Shown piece after piece: positions 11,370 to 23,488 of a stretch of 64,000 bases of DNA. Under the pieces are notes generated by a model, which saw only the letters and a list, made by a program, of their open reading frames with translations, ran no database searches and was not told the DNA's origin. Position 1 is the first letter of the stretch. Each line of letters starts with the position of its first letter. The stretch comes from Lytechinus pictus (Eukaryota): NCBI RefSeq assembly GCF_037042905.1, contig NC_087250.1, positions 13,208,001-13,272,000 of the forward strand, written 5' to 3'. Both the position numbers and the translations under genes were made by a program.

Positions 11370-12905
11370 AACTTGGTCTTGAAAACAATGCTGATCCTTG
11401 GAAAAGACTATACGAAGTCTCAACTTAAGATCAAACATACCGTCGACTAAGTGACCCACCAACTTCTTAAGAACAGTCAAGGAAATCTTTACCATCCCCC
11501 GAGAATTATGATGCCTTCCGGAAAGGTCAGGCAAATGGAGCTCGATCTGCAGCTTATGGAACATTAAATAATAAGATAATCACGAGGGAAATTTTCAAGA
11601 TGACGAAGGACGTCAATTAATCCAGAACACGAGCTCATTACCGGCGATTTTCCGTGCGTCCAAATAGCAGCAGAGGGTGTAGAAAGGCCAATCAATCAAT
11701 AACTAGGAGTACATGTACCTGTACCAAGAGAATGCTGGTGACCTCTGTTCTCTGCATTTCTTTGCACTCGCAGTCCTATAAAGAGGTGGGGATAAAACAC
11801 TCATCGATGCTATGGCAGGTCTGACCCCTTACTATGATACAAGTCATCTCCGGGTGAATCTAGAGAAAACCAACTCAGCGTCTTTCACCAAAAGATCAGA
11901 GATGTAGAGACTGGGAACTATTGGGTCTGGGGCCTGTTGCAGAAAGAGTTGCAATCAATCGCAACTCTAAAAATCATGCGTAACTTGATTTTCTACCAAT
12001 CGACAGCGCGCATTTGGGACTTGTGATTGATTTTGACTTGCGTTTATTAAAACGCAACTCTTTCTGCAACGGACCCCAGATAATACAGAATTGAATGACA
12101 CATTCTAGCGAGCCTATTTTCCTCGGCATCAACTTAGAGCGTTCCCTTAGATTAAAAAACACGTTGAAATAGACAAATGAAAAAGCTGGAGCAAGAAACA
12201 GCACCATGAAGAAGCTTGCCAACACGAGATGAAGAACACATGCCTAAATATTCCGTTTGACAGTTCTTGCTCTATGCTACTCAACTGCTGAGTATACAGC
12301 CCCCCGTCTTGTGTAGGTCATCCCATTTCTGCCAAGATTGATCCGGTCCTGCATGATTGCTGCTTACAGGGAAATCACTGGCTGTCTGCGACCGACGCAA
12401 TTAGATGATCTTTAGATACGTTGTGGTATTGTCCCTACACACATCAGAAGAGAGGTATTTAGCATGGGTGGCGAAAAATAATAAGATAACCCTCTTCATC
12501 CATTTTCTGACCACGAACCCGCCAAAGACAGTCTCCATGCAAACAAGAAACAGTTTTCTTCACTCGACTGAATCCATTTATGGTTCTGCACATAGTTCAA
12601 GGGTCACCCCTACCCCCCCCCCCCCCCCCCCCCCCCGTTCGAGTTAGGAAATGCCAGCCTGGCTATCTCTTAATCGTCTGCGGTCTGGAGCAAGAGGGTG
12701 CAAAAATTGAGCTACAGCATGGATGAATACACTGCCTGCGACTGTGGGGAGGATCAGACGATCAAATCCTTTGGCCTGCCCCCTCCCCTTCTACCAGATC
12801 GAGCCCCGCACTGACAAAGGGCTTGAGTCTCTTAAACCAAATTCAGATCTTGCACCCTCCACTGGACATGACCTTTGTAGTGTCACGAGATTAAGAAAAA
12901 AAAAA
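11370..12905 (+). pseudogene. Degenerate Vingi/Ingi-like (I group) LINE ORF with A-rich tail
   Basis: Broken frames give LTPYYDTSHLRVN, FLGINLERSL, KKLANT, LALCYSTAEYTAP, EITGCLRPT, WLSLNRLRSG and CDCGEDQT; A-tail near 12896-12905. Confidence 0.8.
11930..12076. mobile_element. Harbinger-type MITE inside the LINE remnant
   Basis: TIR gggcctgttgcagaaagagttgc / gcaactctttctgcaacggaccc; CTG and CAG flanks. Confidence 0.8.
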
Positions 12906-12994
12906 TTACCACTGCCACTACCACAACTGTTAATACTACTACTACCCACAATCATTTATATCATGTCTTCTACCTATTAGCACCAAATACTTAC

Positions 12995-13102
12995 CAGGCT
13001 TCTCACAGTAAATTCCCAAATATTCTTTGGGACAGGAACAACTTAACCCGTCAAGGCCTTCCACGCACGTTCCTCGGTTATGACACGGATTGGTGTCGCA
13101 AG
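12995..13102 (-). CDS. EGF gene exon 4: EGF-like domain
   Basis: ttttgtag acceptor, GTAAGT donor, 108 bp phase 1-1; CDTNPCHNRGTCVEGLDGLSCSCPKEYLGIYCEKP with six-Cys EGF spacing. Confidence 0.93.
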
Positions 13103-13247
13103 CTACAAAATGACATATAAAAACCTGCATTATAAACATATCGGATTCAATTTCCATTTTGTGTAAATTATAAATCCTGATAAAATATTACATTTTATCT
13201 GAGGTAAATCTGTAACGAGCGCATCTAAAGATAATATGCATCAAAGC

Positions 13248-14015
13248 AGTTTCTGCGTAGACGGACCATCCCATATGCGTTCGTTTCAATCCAGATAATT
13301 TGCTTACGCCCGTGTCACCGTACAGACAAGACCCATTATCATTATTATGCGGAAAATTTGAGTTCTAGAAGCATTTTGGGGTAAAAGTTGGAAACTGATC
13401 TATTCCACACAATTTGAATATACCGAGTCTGATAAAATCGGTTCCCAAGCAGATTTCTCATGTTTTGACCATCTAATTTGCATACACAATATGGCTGCTA
13501 AATTGACCATTCGTAATCTTATTTCTACAATATTCTGTTATGATATTCGCTTTCACAGATATGGATACTGAAAATCCTGCATACATAACGTGAACCATTC
13601 GAGAACTTCTGTTTGCGGCTAATTAATTATGCAAATTTATGCATATTTTTGCAATATTATGCTATAATTTGAAAATTCCACATAAAACGTTTGTTATTCT
13701 ATTTAAACAAATATCATTTGTATCGTTATGAATAATAGTTTGGCCGTTAAATATAATATTACAGTAAATTTTATGTATTTTATTGTTCTTTGAATTTCTT
13801 GTATTTTCTGCCATTAGCTTTGTACATGATTGTTATTATATCTTTCAAAAACTACTTATCAATGGCAGACAAATATTAAAATGATTGAATTATTTAATAA
13901 ACTTGTTTCTTCACTCGAATGAACAGTTCAAGGCATCGCATCAGTGTCTGCGTAGACGTGCCGTCCCATATGCGATCATTGCAATTCAGATAATGTGCTT
14001 ACGCCCGTGTCACCT
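13248..14015 (+). repeat. Diverged ~75-85-bp direct repeat (about 13248-13320 and 13943-14015)
   Basis: tctgcgtagacg..cccatatgcg..cagataat..gcttacgcccgtgtcacc occurs twice. Confidence 0.8.
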
Positions 14016-15003
14016 TAAAGAAACAAATAAAATAAACTTAACAATTTAATTTCCTAATCATTTATTCCAGTATAGTATTTGCTACTTTGTCCCGAACATA
14101 GCTATTGGCTGTAATACATTATTCCTGCGGAATGATGAACTATAATACATCTCTTTAAAGCGTGTCATTGACTAATGTTGTCTTTCAAATTATTAATTAA
14201 ATAATGTGTTTTTTTACATCTATTTATTCATTTATTTATTTACTTATTAGGACATACTTATTCAGGTACAAAAAAATCAGCATAAAACTGTTTTTTTGTC
14301 AATGACCTGATGAAAACATAAAGAACAACATAAATCATCATATCAAACATGAAAATAAAGTATAAATCTAAGTCAAAGATAACAATGCGTAGTAACATAA
14401 ATAAACAAATGATATTAATCAAACTGAAATATTTAACTTATCAAAAGGGAACAGTTACTAATTATAAAACTACTAATTGTATTATTTATTCACTGATACA
14501 AAAAAAACGAAATGATAGCAATGAAATAATTATGGCATTATAGAAAATCGAGTGAAACAATGACAATCAGTTATATATGTATGTCTAAAACTATAAAATA
14601 TCGAAGGGTTGAGATCATTACAAATAATAGAACCGTGACATCAATGTTGAGGAGGAATAAGGGAATTGAATATTACAATAAATAAAATATAAGTAAGGGT
14701 TATTATAGACTAAATCATTGGATTACAAATACTATCCGGAAAGAACTGAAGGGTAGAGGAATATCGGTAATAACATGAAAAGTAAGGAGAGGTGAAGAAT
14801 AGAGATGCATTCATATGCTCGTAGTGATTGTGGATGACAGCCATATTGAGTCGAAAATTGAAATAGTATCATAGGAAATACATCTTTTTTTAAGGATAAC
14901 TTGAAAGAATTTACTAACAAATGATGATATCATTGTTCACTAATATTTTCTTTTCCCAACAAATCCCTGTAAAGACACGCTAACGCAGAGTGGAAACGCA
15001 TAT

Positions 15004-15402
15004 GGCCCGAATTCATAAAAGGTGGTTTTGAAAACCCACGGTTTATGTCCATGGTTTATGCAGATTTCCTGTAAAAGTTACGCTTAATTTACCGCGTATC
15101 GGGCGCGTGTATAAAACATGTCCAATGCTGATGCGCGCTTTTGTCACAGTGCGCCAAATTGACGCCTGTTACCATGGTTAGATACGCTATTTTTATTCAT
15201 GAGTCCACTGTTTGAAGAGTGGACTCATGAATAAAAACAGTGGTCTCATGAATAAAATAGCGTTGATAACCACGGCAACAGGCGTCAATTTGGCGCACTG
15301 TGACAAAAGCGCGCATTGATCAGTATTGGACATTTTTAATATACGCGGTAAATTAAGCGTAATTTATACAGGAAATCTGCATAAACCATGGACTCAACCG
15401 TG
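15004..15402. mobile_element. Foldback Harbinger-type MITE, right end truncated
   Basis: Begins ggcccgaattcataaa; about 15035-15210 mirrors 15236-15402. Confidence 0.75.
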
Positions 15403-16293
15403 CATTGAAGAACACTCGTTCCTTCGTCAAACCTCTACCAATTTTCGACAGTGAGCTCTTATCTGTTGACTTTGATTTGACGGCCGTGGTCAATGGGTGA
15501 TTTCAAGTTCAGTGTTGCCCTTTTGGTGTTGGTGTTAGGTCATTTCTTACACGAGTATAACACCAAACATAAAATGAAGATGGTCTTGAAAAGTCACCTA
15601 CTAGTTTTTGAGATGTCAATAAAGTGGTGATCTGGATCATATTTACAAACTCAGAATAGATTTTGGAGCTTGGGGAAGCAATCCAAATTCCAATATCAAC
15701 ACCAGTGCCTACACCGGACTTAAACTCACCCTATGAATCCTCAGCGGTCCAGAAAGCGCCTGAGAAGTGACTGCAAAAATACGTTATCATTCATTGATGC
15801 CGTTGGGCTGAGGGCAACGCATCTATACGCACCTGTCTGTAAATATCCTCCACTTCATGGGCAGTGTCCATGGTAATTCATATTGGCATTCAGTGATAAA
15901 GCAATCAGTTGGTAATATTTCATATAATTGTATTCTTAATGATAAACTGGCATTCGTATGAATTCATGTTTACAAAAGTTTTAAAATTTGTGAAATAGAA
16001 GACAATAAAGGTTTATTGGGATTGCAATGAATGAGTAACTTCCCAACCCTGGGGAACCAAGTGGCATTACGGTTTGTTGATCTTGACGCAGATTTACTGT
16101 GGAAGACATGCTCGAGTCTCATTCGCCTGATGTAGCCCACAGTGGTTAGTGAAACGTCGCGACAACAGAGAACTGTCAGCTTGAACTTTACAGTTTTCAC
16201 AAAATTTCCAGTAAAATATTTATAACTCATTATTTTAACATAAAGTTATTACGAATGAAAATACCCCTTTACAAATTAAAATATAACATTTAC

Positions 16294-16398
16294 CCTTTTC
16301 GCATTTTGTTCCCCCGTATCCTGGAGAACAGAGACACGTGTATCCATCCTCTGTTTCTTCACACGATCCTTGATTCCTACATGGATCTGTGTAGCAAC
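16294..16398 (-). CDS. EGF gene exon 3: EGF-like domain
   Basis: ttgttctcag acceptor, GTAAAT donor, 105 bp phase 1-1; [34 protein letters not shown]. Confidence 0.93.
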
Positions 16399-16709
16399 CT
16401 GAGAACAAGAAATTAGATGCATTTCCCAAAAGAACACAATTAAACTGCATTAACATGGTCAAATGATCGGCCAATTTTAAAACGAATGAAAATAAAAATA
16501 CAAATATAATGCAATGTTCGATGGAACATTACCTTTAAAGAGTTAATAACATGGCTTGGAAATGGTATGGAGAAAGAAAAAATATCTTTAAAAACTAAGA
16601 AAAGTACTTTCCTCGATTCCGAGATACCATACATAAACCAAAATTTTGATTAAATTTTTTGTTCAGATTCGCAAACCTGATTTTGTATTTTTTAAAAGAA
16701 AAAGAGTAT

Positions 16710-16920
16710 CATAATAATGATAATGGTGGCTACTTATATAGCGCACAGGTCCACCTTTCGGTGCTCATTGTGCTTCAAGGAAAATAAATACAAAACACAA
16801 CAACAATAGAAAACAAAAAAGAATAGAATTTGAATTCTCCTGAATAAACACAATATTAAACTGCTAATGGGAGATTAAATAAGTTTTCAACCGGGACTTG
16901 AATGCTTCTGTTGATGAAAT
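16710..16920 (-). mobile_element. L2-type LINE 3' fragment
   Basis: Minus translation STEAFKSRLKTYL, followed by a gcgctatataag tail with (TTA)-like repeats. Confidence 0.65.
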
Positions 16921-17161
16921 TTGGCTAGTCTTTTTTTAGTCTAAAGACTTGAATAGTGCTGTAAGAAATAGTCAGAGATGCGAGAGAGACGGGATACAGA
17001 AATTACCTTTAGCGAGGTGTATAACAGAAAGCGGCATGTGGAGAGAAAGAAATTAAGAAATAGAAAGGAAAAGAGCTCGGACAGGAAATGAGGTGTGGGG
17101 TGACGGTGTGGGAAGTGGGGTGGGTGGGGGGGTCGAGTGATCGAATAAAATATTAGCTTAC

Positions 17162-17329
17162 CTGGTAACCGACAGAGTAGATGGCGGTCGATGTTATTCA
17201 TAGCAGGGATATTCGTTGGTTTTGGTACGAGTTGTATCGTTCTTCCCCCCGGGCCAACAATCGTCTGACATTGCGGATGGATTGCCTCGGTCAGTAGCCT
17301 GGTCTTGATTTGGGGATCCAAGTCGTCAC
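17162..17329 (-). CDS. EGF gene exon 2: 56-aa segment with two Cys, family not recognised
   Basis: ccttcaaag acceptor, GTAAGC donor, 168 bp phase 1-1, open frame DDLDPQIK...HLLCRLP. Confidence 0.75.
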
Positions 17330-18409
17330 CTTTGAAGGCGGACAAGAACCAATGTATAAAGGGAGATTATCATTAAGGAAAATCATCGAAAAAAAAAAGA
17401 CACTCGAGATGATAATTTTGGGAGAAGGAAAAGATAATGATCTGAAAAATCCTTCTTATTATTGTTTATGTTTTCCTTTTTATTATTTTTCTATTACAAC
17501 GATGAAACTCGATAATGGTGATTTTAGCGTAACTTTGGCAGGTTTGAGTTTGGATTAAAAGTTTAAATGGGATTGAGATCAAAAATGCTGAACATGCTGA
17601 ATGAGGAATGAACAGATAAAGTAAGTCGAAGAGGGCAACTTTTTATTATTTGTGATGTCATACATGATATTAATGTGTATTATTTTGTCCAATAAATCCA
17701 ACAATTGAATGATTGAGAGCAGGGTCATGTATTGGTATTTTACCATTTAAGTTTTTTATCATCAACATGTTCAATGAGTGAATGATTTATGCCCTCGGGA
17801 TCCCTGAATTTATCATAACTAGAGGGTACAAACATAGGTCACTGTGCCAAACGCCACCACATGGTTGGAGTTGATATGATATTGTATGGTGTTTTTTACA
17901 TGATACATCGCATTCATGGCATTCACAATACTCAATCACACATGAATATACAATTTAATTGTTCAGAGCTATATACACTTCATAATATTGCAAATGTAAC
18001 GATATTCGTCCTTGCGAAGACGACCACAATTTCACAAATTTCTTTGGGTCGGAGGTGGTTGGACAACTCACTCTTGGCTCAAAAAGGTCTCTTGCAGTGT
18101 GGACAAGCAAAAGCCACAGTGCGGCAGGCATAGTGTAGTCTGCAGACACAAACCCTGATTGAAACTTTGATCAGCAAGTGTGTCTCCACGCAGAGACTAG
18201 CACATACTAAACTTGCTGTTTCAAGCGAGCGGGCCTTCAGTAAAAAAGGCATGAGTAGGCTGCACATTCAGACCCTTGGTGAAGGGTTTGCACAGCAGAC
18301 TAGGCATAGTGATGACACTTGCTTTGTCTTTCCAACGCTGGCATTATTATCATTATTTTTTTGCTTGACTCGTTACAAGAAAAAAAGAATAAAAAACGCC
18401 CCCCCCCCA

Positions 18410-18440
<31 letters not shown>

Positions 18441-18873
18441 TTTAACTGACGTCAATCTCACATTACTGCAAATAAATATAGCATATTTACGAATAAAACT
18501 ATAGATGAAGTACCTATGGACTTAAATATACATGTATATATTGCTAACAGAAGAGGAAAATCCTTGGGAGCGAGAGGAAAGGAAGAACCCAAACTTTATC
18601 AAAACTATAGACGGGAAGGTGCACGCTATAAGAAATGAAACAATAATTAACGGTTGTAAGAGTGACAACTCTTTTCCGACCTTATACATTAAGGAAAATC
18701 CTACAATTCAAGTTTCGGGTACTACCATTAAAAGGGGTGAATGCAACATTTAGAAAATGTTATCACTCCTGCTACCTTTCAAATGTCTATTGAACATTTA
18801 ATTTGGTAGAGTGGGGTGGGGGAAAAGGGGAACGTAAATTCTTGAATAAAAATTGATTGAATTAAAAACTTAC

Positions 18874-18979
18874 CCTTCACATGGTGATTGATTAGGAAAA
18901 ATACCGCGACCGACACCTTTATGAAATACTGTTTGAGTAAAGGTGGAAAGAAATGAAATAAATTAGCTATCGTATTCAT
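18874..18979 (-). CDS. EGF gene exon 1: start codon and signal-peptide-like leader
   Basis: gccATG context; MNTIANLFHFFPPLLKQYFIKVSVAVFFLINHHVK then G|GTAAGT phase-1 donor, compatible with exon 2. Confidence 0.65.
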
Positions 18980-19034
18980 GGCATAATTTCACATCTCTTT
19001 TAGACTAATCTCTTGTGTTATTTTGCCCTCTTCT

Positions 19035-19579
19035 TCTTCTTGATAATAATAGCTGGATTTACAAAGCGCTTTTTGCTCGAGAGCTGCTAACTATTATCGC
19101 GGCTTTAGTTGCGCTAACCGCAGCGTGGCCAGTGAAAACAATCCAATTATGCGAGAGGAGCAGCGAAATTATGCTAAATCGCGAAAAATTATGCCAAACC
19201 GTTTTTTTTTTACAAGCAAAAAAAAAAAAAGGTTATCAACCTAAATTTTAGGAGTGGATGCATGCATGTGAAACGATTTCCCCCACTTCTGTCGGTGCTG
19301 GCGCCGTTCATTAGTTAGTAGAAATGTGAAAAATTAAAAACAACATGTGGGGGAAAAAATCGATCAAAACTATGCTAAATTTGCTATTATTATGCCAGAT
19401 TCGTTGCTTGAAAAAGTCTAATTATGCCAGCATAATGAATTATGCTGAAAGGGTCGAAATTATGCAAGAAAGCATAATTATGCCAGTTCTGGCAACGTTG
19501 GCTACCCATATAATCGTTCAAGCATTCGAGAAATTTCTTCCCACTAGGTAGGTACCCATTCACCTCACCTGGGTTGAGT
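19035..19579 (-). mobile_element. SINE 3' portion interrupted by a hAT MITE
   Basis: ggtacccattcacctcacctgggttgagt core shared with the SINE at 23107-23390; AAT-type tail near 19043. Confidence 0.65.
19121..19500. mobile_element. hAT-like MITE
   Basis: TIR cagcgtggccag / ctggcaacgttg; 8-bp flanks gctaaccg / gctaccca; repeated aattatgc motifs. Confidence 0.65.
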
Positions 19580-20106
19580 CGCATACATTCGTAATTCCGA
19601 AGCTTCGTTATTCCGAAGGTTCGTTAGTCCGAAAACGAAATGAGGTTCGTAATTCCGAAGGTTCGTTAGTCCGAAAACGAAGTGAGGTTCGTAATTCCGA
19701 AGGTTCGTTAATCCGAAAAAAGAAATTAGGTTCGTAATTCCGAAGGTTCGTTAGTCCGAAAACTAAATGATTAACTAACCTTATTTCGTTTTCGGACTAA
19801 CGAATCTTCGGAACAACGAACCTTATTTCGTTTTCGGATTAACGAACCTTCGGAACAACGAACCTTATTTCGTTTTCGGATTAACGAACCTTCGGAATAT
19901 CAAACCTTATTTCGTTTTCGGATTATCGAACCTTCGGAAAAACGAACCTCCGGAATAACGCCACAAATGTTCGGATTAACGAACCCTTTTACGTTTTCGG
20001 ATTAACGAACATCGAGGTATAGGCAATTTACGTGTTTCGGAATTACGAACCTTCGGAATGAAGAACCTTCGGAATTACGAACCTTCGGAATTACGAAGTG
20101 TAACCG
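19580..20106. mobile_element. Foldback element built of ttccgaaggttcg repeats
   Basis: Repeats switch orientation near 19770; gttgagt duplicated at 19573-19579 and 20107-20113. Confidence 0.8.
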
Positions 20107-20247
20107 GTTGAGTGTACCTCAATTAGGGCCCTGTCCACGGATGATTATTCTATTGTTACCGGGGGTGCTGAGCATTGTCACAGCACCCCCAGTAACAATA
20201 GATAGTCCTCGGTGGCGCTCATGACCACAATGTCGCTAGGTTTCCTG

Positions 20248-20518
20248 GGCCCCGTTGTACAAAGAGTTACGATCGATCCGATCAATCGTAACTATGGCAA
20301 GCCAGCAAGGTCAACATACGAAATGCATGTTTGTTCAAAAGAAATTCTAGATATGAATGCATATCCATAAATTCATTGATTTCTTGACAATTTGGGGTGT
20401 TCTCCTTTTATTACAATAGACATTTTGTAAATTTCCTGTAGAAAAAATTATGACACTGATGGATTTCCATAGAGTTACGATTGATTGGATCAATCGTAAC
20501 TCTTTGAAAGACGGGGCC
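20248..20518. mobile_element. Harbinger-type MITE
   Basis: CTG TSD; TIR ggccccgt..aaagagttacgat / atcgtaactcttt..acggggcc. Confidence 0.8.
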
Positions 20519-20922
20519 CTGATATGCAAGTGCAAGTCAGATTGTACGGATGTATCACGTCTTTAATCCAATGTGGATGGCAAGATGGATGAGATGTTTA
20601 TGTTGCAAACAAATCAAACCTTTTCGGACTGCAAACTTCCCCATTTTTTTAAAGAAAGTTTATTACATATATCCGTCTGCTTTCATTATTATTTTGTTCT
20701 GTGTCATTTATTTTAATTGTTATATATTAAACTCTCGATTCAGTAAAGTGGTCTATATGTCACATTTAAATAAATATCTATATAAATATATACATACATA
20801 TATATTAACGATACTGCAACACATAATTAAGCAAATGGTCAAAAGAATTTTAGTTATTAAAGCATCTTCTTCTTTCTTATTTATTTACTTACAACAAATA
20901 ACACAATAATAGATTAAAATTA

Positions 20923-21477
20923 TGTTGCATATATATTGAAGATTCAGGTCTGGTTAGTACACAAATGTTTATTCCAGTATTAAATCAACATAATGTCCAG
21001 GTTGCCTGGCGATGATTCTTTAAATCAAATTTCACAATGCTGGCGATTATGAAATTGATGTTGAAATGCAATGGATTATTAGAGTCAGTGTAGTGAGTTG
21101 AAATGTCCGTGAAGACAAGACGAAGTTGATGATGATAAACAGCAGATTTCAGCAATCGAACAGGTTGATGATCTCGATGAGAACTAAGAATTCCTTTCTC
21201 AAGATAACTGCAAACAGTTAATTGATGGTGTGCAAATAATTCCATAGAAGATAAATGTTGTATTCCAATTGGAAATAAATTATGCTCTAAGTCTGGTGTT
21301 AAAATTTAAGTTCTGATCTGATATGATAATTTTCTTGAAGAAACTGCCAGCTTATATAAAGGCCTATAAATTGTTACTATTCTGGAGGTTTCTAGTTATG
21401 TTTTTTACGAGAACATTCTCCTTTCTAGAGCAATCTTAATTCTAGAAGACTCTTGGATGACCTCGGTGAAATTAACA
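20923..21477 (-). mobile_element. Probable solo LTR
   Basis: TGTT...AACA termini, 555 bp; on minus TATATAAG (about 21350-21358) precedes AATAAA (about 20967-20973); TSD not convincing. Confidence 0.55.
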
Positions 21478-21498
21478 ATGTAAAATAATAATAATAAT

Positions 21499-23107
21499 AA
21501 CTAGAATTTTAATCCGTCATGAGGACGAATTAGGTGATCTGTCTCTGATTCTCATGATCACGAATACAATCACCTTGTTTATTGAGATCAATATGATCAT
21601 CATGATGAAAATTGAACTTTTCTTACTAAAAGAACATGTTGTTTACTCTTGAAAAGAGGGAAATTGAAAAGTTATGTGAAATAGATGTAGGCGATACACA
21701 TGGTACATGTTATAGGCCTATTAAAAAGAATTTTAATCTCTTTTATTGTGCAATATTTTAACTTATATACCTTGCAATGGTCATAAAGGACCATATGCCA
21801 AATGATGAAAAGAAAAAAAAATTATCATGCTCACCCCTGGGCTCGAAACGTGGACCCTTGAGACGCAACTCTGATGCCTTACCAATTGAGCTACACTATT
21901 TCCCATAGACTTTACACATAAGCAAATTAAGAGGATCTCAAATCCAATTTTGCAAGAGAAATACGGGCATGATCCCGACATCTGATCGGAAAATGGCGAC
22001 CACATTTGCGATAGCTTAGAATCTCAGCTACCAAATACTCTAAGCTCAGAGAAAACCGACTAGAAGAAATGGAGATATGGCTCGCGAAATAGAGGAATGT
22101 AAAATCCAGTTTTGAGAAAAAGTCATTTCCCATAGAGATTGCACACAAAATGAGCGAAATTGACATGCCTCTATGACTTGCCATTTTCCAGGATGATCCA
22201 TTCCTTTAAATGTAAATATAGCCATCACATTAGAAAAAGTATGTCCTCAGCTACAACATATAAGGAACTAAGCGAAAATTGACCAATATTCACGGAGTTA
22301 GAGTCAAATTTGCATAACTATGATGACGTCATAAGTAGCAAAATGTGAATTTTGAGTTCCGATGCCATTTTGATGACGTCATGATGAAATTAAGGGTCAA
22401 ATATGGCATGAAATCATATCTCCCATCCATATGAAAAAATGGGGGTCAACGGACTTCCTGAAGAGCTATAATGAATTTTGTATAGGCATGTTTTTGCACA
22501 TATCATATTGTCTATGGTTAGTGCGCGCGCGCGCGTGCTGTAAACTTTGATAGAGGCTAATTCCGTTATTACTTGTCGTAGAAGGTTGATTAAGGTATCA
22601 AATTACTTAAAATTATATTATCAATGCATTGATTTGAAAAAGAATGGCGATCCTATGTTGTACAGTGCCGTTACGCGCGAGAACGCGCGCAAATTTTTGA
22701 AATCCTTAAAATGACCTGATTCATACTATACTTTGGTCAAAAAAAGATTTTGAGCATTTTAAAATTTTGACGCGCGCGTAAGCGCACGTCGTGACATTTA
22801 CATGACCTTTGATATCATCAACAATTGACCCTTGACCTGAAGATAATGTGATATAAATATTGTTGATTTTTGATAATTGATAATGAAGATATGATTGATA
22901 ATGTGATTTTACATAATGGCGTATAGATGACGTCACGATGACCTTTTTACCTTGAACTTGTTTCATACACATGGCATGATAAGTCCCCATAACTCATGAT
23001 ATTTTGATGAAAATTGAAGATGTAGATCTCATTCAGATTTATGCTAACAAGAAAAAGGCGGGAAAAAAAAAATTCGTACGAAATTATCGATCGACAGATC
23101 ACCTAAT
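21499..23107. mobile_element. Second Helentron/HINE-like element, inserted in a SINE tail
   Basis: Subterminal inverted repeat ttaggtgatctgtc (21530-21543) / gacagatcacctaa (23093-23106); short hairpin aatccgtc..gacgaatt; AAT repeats on both sides. Confidence 0.7.
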
Positions 23108-23390
23108 AACGCAGTTCTTGTACATCGCATAACACATTATGTCATAACGTCCCTACGCGCTTCCAAAGGACTTGTATATTATTACCCTGGCCTTAGCCCG
23201 GCAGCCTTTTACAGCGCGGTGGCATTTCAAGGAATAAATTCCTGCCAGGTACCAATCACCTCACCTGGGTTGAGTGCAGCACAATGCGGATGAATTTCTT
23301 GCTGAAGGAAATTACGCCATGGCTGGGATTGGAACCCACGACCCTCTGTTTCAAAGTCAGAAGACTAATCCACTGGGCCACAACGCTCCA
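23107..23390 (-). mobile_element. tRNA-derived SINE
   Basis: Minus head tggagcgttgtggcccagtgg...gggttccaatccc (A and B boxes), body, and (TTA)n tail continuing at 21484-21500. Confidence 0.85.
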
Positions 23391-23488
23391 CCACATCATA
23401 GTTAATCCTATTGTCCTTTTCCCTACTGGCAGTCTCTATTGTCTGCCTTTGTACATTAATACCAAACATTACTCAGCCTCATTGAGTG

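Noticed and set aside
15731..15860. C-type-lectin-like CVAL..MND motif on minus
   Set aside because: Short, lacks the other conserved Cys/Trp residues, no in-frame exon boundaries.
18072..18139. Minus-strand AG..GT segment (MPAALWLLLVHTA) as an exon of the EGF gene
   Set aside because: 68 bp; the open frames end in phase 0 or 2, incompatible with the phase-1 exon at 17329.
19580..20106. CRISPR-like repeat array
   Set aside because: No unique spacers, orientation flips midway, eukaryotic context, no cas genes.
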